NCBI GenBank assembly: GCA_045539715.1
Contig: JAZQFV010000036.1
Span: forward strand, 41,992-73,991
Direction of reading: 5' to 3'
DNA: 32,000 bases
Source of the DNA: Ruminococcus sp.
GTDB taxonomy: Bacteria > Bacillota > Clostridia > Oscillospirales > Ruminococcaceae
The position numbers and the translations under genes were made by a program. This document shows, piece after piece, positions 24,779 to 32,000 of the stretch (positions within the stretch are counted from its first letter, which is position 1; the number at the start of each line of letters is the position of its first letter). The notes beneath the pieces were generated by a model. That model was not told the origin of the DNA, searched no databases, and saw only the letters and a list, made by a program, of their open reading frames with translations.

Positions 24779-25714
24779 TTATTTTATAACAAAATCATAT
24801 TCTAATACAACTTCAAAATCAGCAGATGCCAAAACTGAACCGTCTTCATTACCAACACAAATTAAAATGCTGTAAATTACTCCGTCTTTATCAAAGGCAT
24901 ATTTTGTTCTCCCTCGTATTTCGTCTATGTTGCAATATCCGTCATAGCCAAGGATTTGCACTTCTTCAATTTCAGCGTCCCATTCGGCTTTGACATATTC
25001 TTCGGCTGATTTATATTCTGAATCAGGTATAGCTTCAACGGTAAGGCGAGAGTTCAACATTGCTTTTTTAAAAATTTCATAATAATCTATACCTACACTA
25101 TTATCATTTGCATAACTGATATTCAAATAATCAAGATAATCAGGGAATTTTACTGAGAAATAATCGCACTCATACTCGGTTTTTCTCAGTTCTTCTGCCT
25201 CTCCGATAAACTCTGCACTTTCGATTATTTCAAGAGCAAGCTCACGCACAAGTTCTTCGTTTTCCTTGACAGGGTGTTCTGCCCATACAGAAAATCCACT
25301 AAGTCTATTGCCTTCTTTATAAGCCGCAAATAACGAATTTTGTACGTTATCGCTGTCAATATAGGTAATTGCTACTACTTCATAATCACCGCAATTTATA
25401 ATTTCCTGAGAATAATTTTCATAATATTCAGAATTGTCATTACAAAGATCTATATAGACATCTCTGCTTATTCTATATGCAATGTACTGATAATCAATTG
25501 TAAATTCTGTGTCATTGCCGTAAGAATAAGTTAGCGGAAAATTCTCGGTTTCTTCAAAGTCGCTTCTTACATTGAATCTGAAACCATCTGATTCAACCGT
25601 TTCATAGCTTATAGCCTCTTTCAGATTACCGTCCTTGTCAATGTCTGAACAGCCTATGAATGTGCATACAGCCATAGATAAAGCCGTAAATGCGGATAAA
25701 AATTTCTTAGTCAC
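24779..25714 (-). CDS. lipoprotein of unknown function (tandem paralog 1)
   Basis: Starts at GTG 25714. The product begins MTKKFLSAFTALSMAVCTFIGCSD (lipobox). It is paralogous to 25746..26822, sharing GYDGYC, YAFDKDGVIYSI and ADFE. Confidence 0.7.
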   Translation of the reverse strand: MTKKFLSAFTALSMAVCTFIGCSDIDKDGNLKEAISYETVESDGFRFNVRSDFEETENFPLTYSYGNDTEFTIDYQYIAYRISRDVYIDLCNDNSEYYENYSQEIINCGDYEVVAITYIDSDNVQNSLFAAYKEGNRLSGFSVWAEHPVKENEELVRELALEIIESAEFIGEAEELRKTEYECDYFSVKFPDYLDYLNISYANDNSVGIDYYEIFKKAMLNSRLTVEAIPDSEYKSAEEYVKAEWDAEIEEVQILGYDGYCNIDEIRGRTKYAFDKDGVIYSILICVGNEDGSVLASADFEVVLEYDFVIK

Positions 25715-25745
25715 AATAAAATTCCCCTTTTTAATAACAATCCCT

Positions 25746-26822
25746 TTATTTTATTTTTATGCAATCTATCAGCTTTTCAAAATCGGCTTTTACCTGTTCG
25801 TGACCGTCCAAATCAACAGCAACAATTGAAATGCTGTAAATAACACCGTCTTTTTCAAATGCATAGTGTGTATTTTTACGAATGGGATAACCGTCAAAAG
25901 CAGCTCTTTCATATATCGCACAATAACCATCATATCCGAGTATTTCTGTTTCAGATACTTCTTCAATCATTTTACGCTCAACATCTGATTCTTTATTTAT
26001 ATATTCATCACAGGTATCTTTGAGATATTCCTCTGCCGATGTATATTCTGAATCAGTTAATGCTTCTATTGTAATACCACTCATATATTGAGCAAGATTC
26101 TCGCTGTAACTATATTTTATACCTTGTTTATTCTTTTCAATCGCGTAAAATTCGGAGAACTTGAATTTATACTCATCAGACGGAAGTTCTATCGAAAAAT
26201 AATCGCAGTCAAAGTTCAAAACAGGCTCTGTTGTTGATTCTTCACCGATATATTCAACACTTCTGAGCATTTCAAGACCGAGTTCACGCATAAGCTTTTC
26301 ATCCTTGTCCTTGGCAAAAGTAGCTCGTACCATGAAATTATCAAGCGGATGCTCCTGACTGCTTATAATAAAATCCATAAACCTAACAGGCATTTCTTCG
26401 CTGTTTTCGTGATCTTCTTCTGGATGATCTGCTGCAAAAATTATAATATCGTATTCCTCATCCTCAATTATTTCAGTTGCAATGTTCTCATATTCAAAAA
26501 ACGCATTCTTACGCCAGTCAATCTTTGTCTGGGTATTCATCTTCATTCCTGCCATCCAAAGTGGAATTGAAAAAATCACATCACCTTGAAAATCATAAAC
26601 ATACATATCACCGGTAGTTATATCTTCAGCATCCTTTGAAATTAATTCAGAATCAAGGAAATCACTTCTCACCTTGTAGCTTACACCAATTTCTTCATCT
26701 GTTACCGTTCTGTAGCTGAAAGCCTCTTTCAGATTACCGTTTTTGTCAAGGTCTGAACAGCCTGTGAATGTGCATACAGCCATAGATAAAGCCGTAAATG
26801 CGGATAAAAATTTCTTAGTCAT
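25746..26822 (-). CDS. lipoprotein of unknown function (tandem paralog 2)
   Basis: Starts at an ATG. The product begins MTKKFLSAFTALSMAVCTFTGCSD. The first roughly 90 nt and the RBS region are nearly identical to the downstream paralog. Confidence 0.7.
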   Translation of the reverse strand: MTKKFLSAFTALSMAVCTFTGCSDLDKNGNLKEAFSYRTVTDEEIGVSYKVRSDFLDSELISKDAEDITTGDMYVYDFQGDVIFSIPLWMAGMKMNTQTKIDWRKNAFFEYENIATEIIEDEEYDIIIFAADHPEEDHENSEEMPVRFMDFIISSQEHPLDNFMVRATFAKDKDEKLMRELGLEMLRSVEYIGEESTTEPVLNFDCDYFSIELPSDEYKFKFSEFYAIEKNKQGIKYSYSENLAQYMSGITIEALTDSEYTSAEEYLKDTCDEYINKESDVERKMIEEVSETEILGYDGYCAIYERAAFDGYPIRKNTHYAFEKDGVIYSISIVAVDLDGHEQVKADFEKLIDCIKIK

Positions 26823-27035
26823 AATAAAATTCCCCTTATATCATTAAAATTTGTCTGCGGTGTACTTACACCCCTTATTTTGCAGGCGGATAATATCCGC
26901 CCCTACATAAATAATACACCGCCGAACACTAAAAAGTTGCATTAAATTAATGCGGAAATAACTTATTCCGATTAACAGCAATACCGCATAGGCAGATTTC
27001 CTTTAAAAAGGCTCTGCCCGTGCGGTGATACCCGT

Positions 27036-27199
27036 GGGAACCTCTAAAAAACTCCCTCACGGCGAACTTCCTATGACAAATATCATTTACTGCGTTGACA
27101 AACCTTGCAATACACAAAGTATTACTGCGGTTTGCCGCCTTGTAACTGACATTTGTCATGTACGAAATTTCGCTCGTGTTCCGTTTTTTAGAGAACCCC
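27036..27199 (-). repeat. 164-nt rod-like repeat element, copy 2 (inverted relative to copy 1)
   Basis: Its reverse complement aligns base-for-base with 4797-4960, with 14 substitutions and no indels. The terminal arms are GGGGTTCTCTAAAAAAC and GTTTTTTAGAGGTTCCC. It starts 18 nt after the purH stop codon. Confidence 0.8.
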
Positions 27200-27216
27200 A
27201 TTATATTATATTTTTA

Positions 27217-28398
27217 TTAGTGGTGGAAAAGTCTGATTCCTGTGAATGCCATAGCAATGTTGTACTTATTGCAGGTTTCGATAACATTATCATCACGGAT
27301 AGAACCGCCGGGTTCTGCAATATACTCAACGCCTGACTTCTTTGCACGCTCGATATTATCGCCGAATGGGAAGAATGCGTCAGAACCAAGACATACACCT
27401 GTATTCTTAGCAAGCCATGCCTTTTTCTCCTCAGCTGTGAATACAGCAGGCTTTACCTTGAAGATATTCTGCCATGTACCCTCTGCAAGTACGTCCTCGT
27501 ACTCGTCGCCGATGTATACATCAATTGCATTGTCACGGTCTGCACGGCGGATATCGTCAACAAACTGGAGTCCCATAACCTGTGGTGACTGTCTTAACCA
27601 CCAGTTATCAGCCTTCTGTCCTGCAAGACGTGTACAATGAATTCTTGACTGCTGACCTGCACCGATACCGATTGCCTGTCCGTCCTTTACGTAGCATACA
27701 GAGTTGGACTGTGTGTATTTGAGAGTGATAAGAGAGATAAGGAGGTCATCTTTCTTATCCTCGGGAATTTCCTTGTTATCTGTTACGATATTTGCAAGAA
27801 GGTCACGGTTGATGTCAAGCTCGTTTCTTCCCTGCTCGAAAGATACACCGTAAACCTGTTTTGTTTCGATTGGTGCAGGCTTGTAATTCTCGTCAATTTT
27901 AAGAACGCAGTAAGTTCCCTTTCTCTTTGACTTGAGAATTTCAAGAGCCTCGGGGTCATAATCGGGAGCAATTACACCGTCGGAAACTTCACGCTGAATC
28001 ATCTTAGCTGTGCATACGTCAACCTTATCTGAAAGTGCGATGAAATCGCCGTAAGAGGACATTCTGTCAGCACCTCTTGCTCTTGCATATGCGCTTGCAA
28101 GGGGTGAAAGTTCGCCTAAATCGTCTACCCAGTAGATTTTCTTTAAATCGTCGGAAAGAGGTCTGCCGATAGCTGCACCTGCGGGTGAAACATGCTTGAA
28201 TGAAGTTGCTGCACATACACCTGTAGCTGCTTTAAGCTCCTTTACAAGCTGCCAGCCGTTGAGAGCGTCAAGAAGATTGATATAACCTGGGCGTCCGCAG
28301 AGTACCTCGATAGGAAGCTCGCTGCCGTCAGTCATATAAACTCTTGAAGGCTTCTGATTTGGGTTACAACCATACTTTAACTGCATTTCATTTGACAT
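27217..28398 (-). CDS. purH: AICAR transformylase (PurH transformylase domain only, no MGS-like IMP cyclohydrolase domain)
   Basis: 393 aa. LKYGCNPNQ corresponds to the LRYGENPHQ motif. The C-terminus EPGGSIRDDNVIETCNKYNIAMAFTGIRLFHH matches the PurH C-terminus. AGGAGG is upstream. Confidence 0.85.
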   Translation of the reverse strand: MSNEMQLKYGCNPNQKPSRVYMTDGSELPIEVLCGRPGYINLLDALNGWQLVKELKAATGVCAATSFKHVSPAGAAIGRPLSDDLKKIYWVDDLGELSPLASAYARARGADRMSSYGDFIALSDKVDVCTAKMIQREVSDGVIAPDYDPEALEILKSKRKGTYCVLKIDENYKPAPIETKQVYGVSFEQGRNELDINRDLLANIVTDNKEIPEDKKDDLLISLITLKYTQSNSVCYVKDGQAIGIGAGQQSRIHCTRLAGQKADNWWLRQSPQVMGLQFVDDIRRADRDNAIDVYIGDEYEDVLAEGTWQNIFKVKPAVFTAEEKKAWLAKNTGVCLGSDAFFPFGDNIERAKKSGVEYIAEPGGSIRDDNVIETCNKYNIAMAFTGIRLFHH

Positions 28399-28429
28399 AA
28401 TAATGTCCTCCTTGAATTTAAAATTCTAT

Positions 28430-29632
28430 TTATGACAATTCCTCATAAACATATAATGTGAAACTGTCCTCAGAGTCTGAACTCTGATTATAATGTTTTG
28501 TTGGTCTGCCCTTTGCATCATACTCGTAATAATCAACATAAGCGTAATTTGAACCGCTTACCACTTCGCAAAGGCAGTTATTATTTCCGTCATAGAGATA
28601 TTCTGTTATTGTTGCGTTTTCAACATCACCAGAATGATAATTTTTCTCGTAAATACAATTGTTGTTGCTGTCATATGCAAGCTCTCTGTGGGTATCTGCT
28701 GCCTTATTGCATTTTCCTACAAACTCAATCATATTTCCTCTGTCGTCAAATCTCTGTCTGAATTCATTAAATGACCATGGATTTGTAACATCGCCCTTGC
28801 CGTAAACTGCGTTGCCGTTTGCGTCATATTCGTATGTATATGTATTCTTGAATTCACCGTCAAGAGCATTTATGCCCTCGCTGACAAGAACATTGCCCTT
28901 TTGGTCATATGTATTTGTGGTATGGAAATTTGTGCCTGCTTCCGCATTATAACTCTCTGAATATGTAACATTTCCATTTGCGTCATATGTAAATATTTCC
29001 TCATTAGTAAGGACACCTGCATCATAATGGCTGATTACTGTAGGATTTCCCTTTGCGTCATACTCATAATCCGTATAATAAGGAGCCGACCAGATTGCAT
29101 CATTAACGTCAATGTTGTAAACAGCACTGAAAACTTCATCATCATGGCTGTTATGCAATGTCAGAACACAGCTTGTAAGCGTTTTTCCTGTGTAGTTATA
29201 GGCAATAGCCTGATACTCGTAATCAAGATAATCGGGAATTCCAAAAAGGCTTAAATCTGTGTTGAGTTCGGGAAATGCATCATAGTTTTCGGGTAATGCA
29301 GGCATTTGTGAATTTTCGCTTGTGAGAGTCTTTGTATACACGGGAGGTTCAGATGAAAGCTCTGCCATTTTATTTGGGTCAGCTTTTTCTGTTGCCTGAA
29401 CTGCTGCTGTTGTTTCAGCTGAATTGTTATTTCCGCCTGCTGCATTTTCAACAGCAGAATCAACTGCTGTCGTTGTTGTTTCAGCATCAGCTGTTGTTGT
29501 TTCGGCTTCAACATTGGCAGTTGTTGTCTTTTCAGATGTTTCGGGTAACTGTGCGGATTCCTCAACTACTGGACCGCAAGCTGTCATAACCATTGTGCAT
29601 ACTGCGAGAATTGCAAAAATCTTCTTGTTCAT
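28430..29632 (-). CDS. lipoprotein with YD (RHS-type) repeats and no recognisable toxin domain
   Basis: The product begins MNKKIFAILAVCTMVMTACGP (lipobox), followed by a Thr/Ala/Glu-rich spacer. Repeats follow: YEYDAKGNPT, FTYDANGNVTY, TYDQKGNVLV, YEYDANGNAVYG, YDSNNNCIYEK, YEYDAKGRPT. Confidence 0.7.
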   Translation of the reverse strand: MNKKIFAILAVCTMVMTACGPVVEESAQLPETSEKTTTANVEAETTTADAETTTTAVDSAVENAAGGNNNSAETTAAVQATEKADPNKMAELSSEPPVYTKTLTSENSQMPALPENYDAFPELNTDLSLFGIPDYLDYEYQAIAYNYTGKTLTSCVLTLHNSHDDEVFSAVYNIDVNDAIWSAPYYTDYEYDAKGNPTVISHYDAGVLTNEEIFTYDANGNVTYSESYNAEAGTNFHTTNTYDQKGNVLVSEGINALDGEFKNTYTYEYDANGNAVYGKGDVTNPWSFNEFRQRFDDRGNMIEFVGKCNKAADTHRELAYDSNNNCIYEKNYHSGDVENATITEYLYDGNNNCLCEVVSGSNYAYVDYYEYDAKGRPTKHYNQSSDSEDSFTLYVYEELS

Positions 29633-29782
29633 AATAATTTCCTCTTTCTGTAATTAAATATTTCCGATGTATTTCACATCTCATAACATATACTCACTTC
29701 AAAATTTCAAAGTGTTACAGAAATCGAAAAATTTTTTTGCAGGAGATTTTTTGACAGAAAAAACTGCAATTCCAAATTTTGG

Positions 29783-30130
29783 TTAATCCCATTCTATTTC
29801 ATCACCATACGAACTAACAAATTCTATAAGCTCATCTTCATTTTCGATTAATCTTACAATAATATCAGCCATAGCCTCTGCTTCTTCTTTGTTTTCAAAG
29901 TAAGCAGCATACATACCTGCTTCGGGGTCAGCTTCGTAGGAATCCATAAGCTGAGGTGCTTTATTCTCAATATAGCAATTGAGAACAGCCTCCCAGTTAT
30001 AGCCGTTCATATAGGCATTTTCATTGATTTCCTGTAATTTTTCGCCGATTGCCATTACTTTGTCGTTTTCGATATAAAAAGCAAGGGATATACTATCTTC
30101 AAATTCTTCTATTGATATATATTCAGGCAT
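29783..30130 (-). CDS. small acidic cytoplasmic protein (immunity-protein-like, unassigned)
   Basis: 115 aa, very acidic, with AGGAGG upstream. It contains the motifs NGYNWEAVLNCY and DPEAGMYAAYF. The immunity-like label is only an impression from size, charge and context. Confidence 0.4.
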   Translation of the reverse strand: MPEYISIEEFEDSISLAFYIENDKVMAIGEKLQEINENAYMNGYNWEAVLNCYIENKAPQLMDSYEADPEAGMYAAYFENKEEAEAMADIIVRLIENEDELIEFVSSYGDEIEWD

Positions 30131-30192
30131 AATAATGTCCTCCTTTTTTATAATTCGTAGTGGGTAGCACCCGCTGGCAATTTATTCTGATT

Positions 30193-30660
30193 TTAACTGT
30201 TTTGTCTTTTTATTTTCTGTATCTCTCTGCGAATGTTATCCGCCCACTCCAAATCATCATTTGTTATATGATAAACTCTGAAACCGTAGGCGATACCGTT
30301 TTCATAAACGGATTTTTCATCGTCAACGTGCAAATCAATGCGGTATACTGACGGATATTTTGACGGAAAATTCAGTCTTTCCCGTGAAACTTCCCTTTCG
30401 TGACGTTCAGCATTGACAATGCTGTCAATTCTGATACCATAGCGGCGGAATAATCTGCGGATATATCCTTGACTTCGGTTTGAAGTAGTGTATATCCACA
30501 ACTCGCAGTCAGATTTATTTATTTCCTGTAAAAGCTCCACAGAACCTTTCCTCAACTTATCCTTATATATTTTATTATAGGGAAATTTAAGTTCAGGTTC
30601 TATGGGAACTTTCTCGGGATTTACAAATAATGTTTCATCAAGGTCGAATGAAATTCTCAC
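30193..30660 (-). CDS. HAD-superfamily hydrolase (phosphatase-like)
   Basis: Begins MRISFDLDETLF (DxDxT motif I), with later WIYTTS (motif II-like) and DLHVDDE (motif IV-like). Its start overlaps the purO-type gene stop by 4 nt. Confidence 0.65.
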   Translation of the reverse strand: MRISFDLDETLFVNPEKVPIEPELKFPYNKIYKDKLRKGSVELLQEINKSDCELWIYTTSNRSQGYIRRLFRRYGIRIDSIVNAERHEREVSRERLNFPSKYPSVYRIDLHVDDEKSVYENGIAYGFRVYHITNDDLEWADNIRREIQKIKRQNS

Positions 30661-31370
30661 TTATTTTTATTGATAATTCTTGTTTCAACAGAACCGTCCT
30701 CAAGATTTACAAAGCGAACAAAGAGAGATACCTTGTTATCCTCGTTGAGGTTGTTCCAGAGCATATCTGTGAACTCGTCAATATTTCCGCTGATACCTAC
30801 AAGCTTAGGCTCACCCTCAAAGCTTGGGAGAGGATTGCCGTCACCCATATATGTGTGAATGAAGCGTCCCTCGCCGTTGATTGGGTCATTGTAGCTGAAT
30901 GTGTATCTCTGGCAGGAATCGGGATTTCCGTTTGCGCTCTTGAGAATTGACATAGCATAGTTGAAGCCGTCCTCCTCAAAGCGGAGAATACCTGAAATAC
31001 GAGGTGTGTAGTTGGGAGCGTCGTCCTCGAACTCACGTGTACGGAGTGCCTGCTCAAATGTGAACTGCTTGTCCATAAGCTCGTAAATTGTATCCGTCTG
31101 GTCGCCGTTTGTTACGATAAGCTTATTGCCGAGAACTCTTACAGGTGCGTATATAATAAGGTGTGGGTCAGTAAGCTTTGAGGGGTCAAATGCCTGTGTG
31201 CGGATTCCCTCGCCGTCCTCTACGAATACACGGTTACGGCTGTTTTCGCTTCTGCCCATAATGAAATAGCCTGTTACAGCATATTTTCCGCAATCGGATT
31301 TACCGATAACGATACCTCTGCCGGGGTATGCGTTTGAGTTTAATTCCTTTGCTAAATCAAGTTTAATCAT
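30657..31370 (-). CDS. purO: IMP cyclohydrolase, archaeal PurO-like type
   Basis: 237 aa. NAYPGRGIVIGKS..GYFIMGRSENSRNR.F and the length match the stand-alone IMP cyclohydrolase family that accompanies transformylase-only PurH. Confidence 0.7.
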   Translation of the reverse strand: MIKLDLAKELNSNAYPGRGIVIGKSDCGKYAVTGYFIMGRSENSRNRVFVEDGEGIRTQAFDPSKLTDPHLIIYAPVRVLGNKLIVTNGDQTDTIYELMDKQFTFEQALRTREFEDDAPNYTPRISGILRFEEDGFNYAMSILKSANGNPDSCQRYTFSYNDPINGEGRFIHTYMGDGNPLPSFEGEPKLVGISGNIDEFTDMLWNNLNEDNKVSLFVRFVNLEDGSVETRIINKNK

Positions 31371-31384
31371 AATAATTTACTCCT

Positions 31385-31879
31385 TTATATTTTATTTATA
31401 TAATTTAACTTGTCGTCGGGACTAAATTCACGCCATGGTGAATGACCTCCGAACACACCAAGATATACGGCATTGCCATTGAATATGACAATTTCCATAC
31501 TGTGTTCTATTTCCCAGTCAGTCCGACATTCAAGCTGATAGCAGATACTTTCTTCATCTTCAGGCTTTTTTACTATAAGTACAGTCGGCTTAAAGCATTT
31601 CAGCATTTCAAGGGGGGCAGTTTCGGGAGTAACAGAAATTTTCATTTTACCGTAAAAATCGCCGCCTGTTTCCTCCAGAAATTCCAGACAATAAGCCTTA
31701 GCAGCACTGCAAATAGTTTCAACAACCTCGCTGTCAAGGGAGTTAAATTCGTCCACGCACTGCATAACATAATCAAGACATATTTTGCGGTCTATCATTA
31801 CCGCCATATCGGTTTTGAAAATCTCGGAATAAATCTTTCCCTCAAAACCGTATGAATTATCAAAAATATCTGTAATCAT
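31385..31879 (-). CDS. hypothetical cytoplasmic protein
   Basis: 164-aa ORF located 14 nt upstream of the purO-type gene. An in-frame TAA just upstream fixes the ATG. I recognise no motif. Confidence 0.5.
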   Translation of the reverse strand: MITDIFDNSYGFEGKIYSEIFKTDMAVMIDRKICLDYVMQCVDEFNSLDSEVVETICSAAKAYCLEFLEETGGDFYGKMKISVTPETAPLEMLKCFKPTVLIVKKPEDEESICYQLECRTDWEIEHSMEIVIFNGNAVYLGVFGGHSPWREFSPDDKLNYINKI

Positions 31880-31972
31880 TTCTTTATATAAGCCTTTCTC
31901 AAATTCAGTTTAACTGCTCCTTACTTGATAATAAATGTGTATATACAGTCACATAAGACTATTAATGCAACG

Positions 31973-32000
31973 AACGCTGTGATTATATTCAGCGTTTTTT
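31973..32000 (+). terminator. hairpin plus T-run oriented on the + strand at the window edge
   Basis: AACGCTG-tgattatatt-CAGCGTT followed by TTTT up to the window end. No + strand gene is visible upstream, so its role is unclear. Confidence 0.3.

Noticed and set aside
26823-27035. Possible tRNA, small RNA or terminator in the 210-nt gap between lipoprotein paralog 2 and repeat copy 2, which includes the palindrome GGCGGATAATATCCGCC
   Set aside because: There are no tRNA cloverleaf or T-loop signatures. The palindrome has essentially no loop and no flanking U-run. It more likely contains the promoter region for the lipoprotein genes.
1-32000. Recognisable defence systems, CRISPR arrays, transposases, integrases or toxin-antitoxin pairs
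   Set aside because: Scanning the ORF translations and intergenic regions by eye found none. The YD-repeat and acidic-protein locus and the phage-derived block are reported separately with caveats.

Overview
The window looks like a low-GC Firmicutes (Clostridia) chromosome segment, probably from a cellulolytic Ruminococcus-like organism. The basis is a dockerin-bearing GH5 cellulase and an SRP RNA directly upstream of dnaX. Almost all genes are on the - strand. Reading left to right by coordinate: dnaX (truncated), SRP RNA and the GH5-dockerin cellulase. Next come two paralogous lipoproteins and one operon with two BspA-type LRR surface proteins plus a Cys-rich unknown enzyme. Further on is a CPCC protein and a tagGH-like ABC exporter with a TagF-like glycerophosphotransferase. 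The final stretch is a purine operon (purD, transformylase-only purH, purO-type IMP cyclohydrolase) broken up by lineage-specific genes: lipoproteins, a YD-repeat protein, small acidic proteins and a HAD hydrolase. Two things stand out. (1) The only + strand block (about 11.5-18.5 kb) is a tightly packed nine-gene phage-derived operon. It encodes terS, terL, portal, major capsid protein, prohead protease, neck proteins and a possible hub pair. It has no integrase, replication, regulator, lysis, tube/sheath or tape-measure genes. It could be a domesticated GTA-like head locus, a capsid-forming satellite-like module, or an unusually clean prophage remnant. (2) A 164-nt rod-like element with 17-bp perfect terminal inverted repeats occurs twice (4797-4960 and 27036-27199), about 91% identical and in inverted orientation, bracketing 22.4 kb. 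The substitutions between the copies mostly preserve hand-folded base pairing through G.U pairs on one strand only, which suggests a structured RNA or a MITE-like element. No tRNA, rRNA, CRISPR array or transposase gene was found. All family assignments come from motif recognition by eye; no searches were run.
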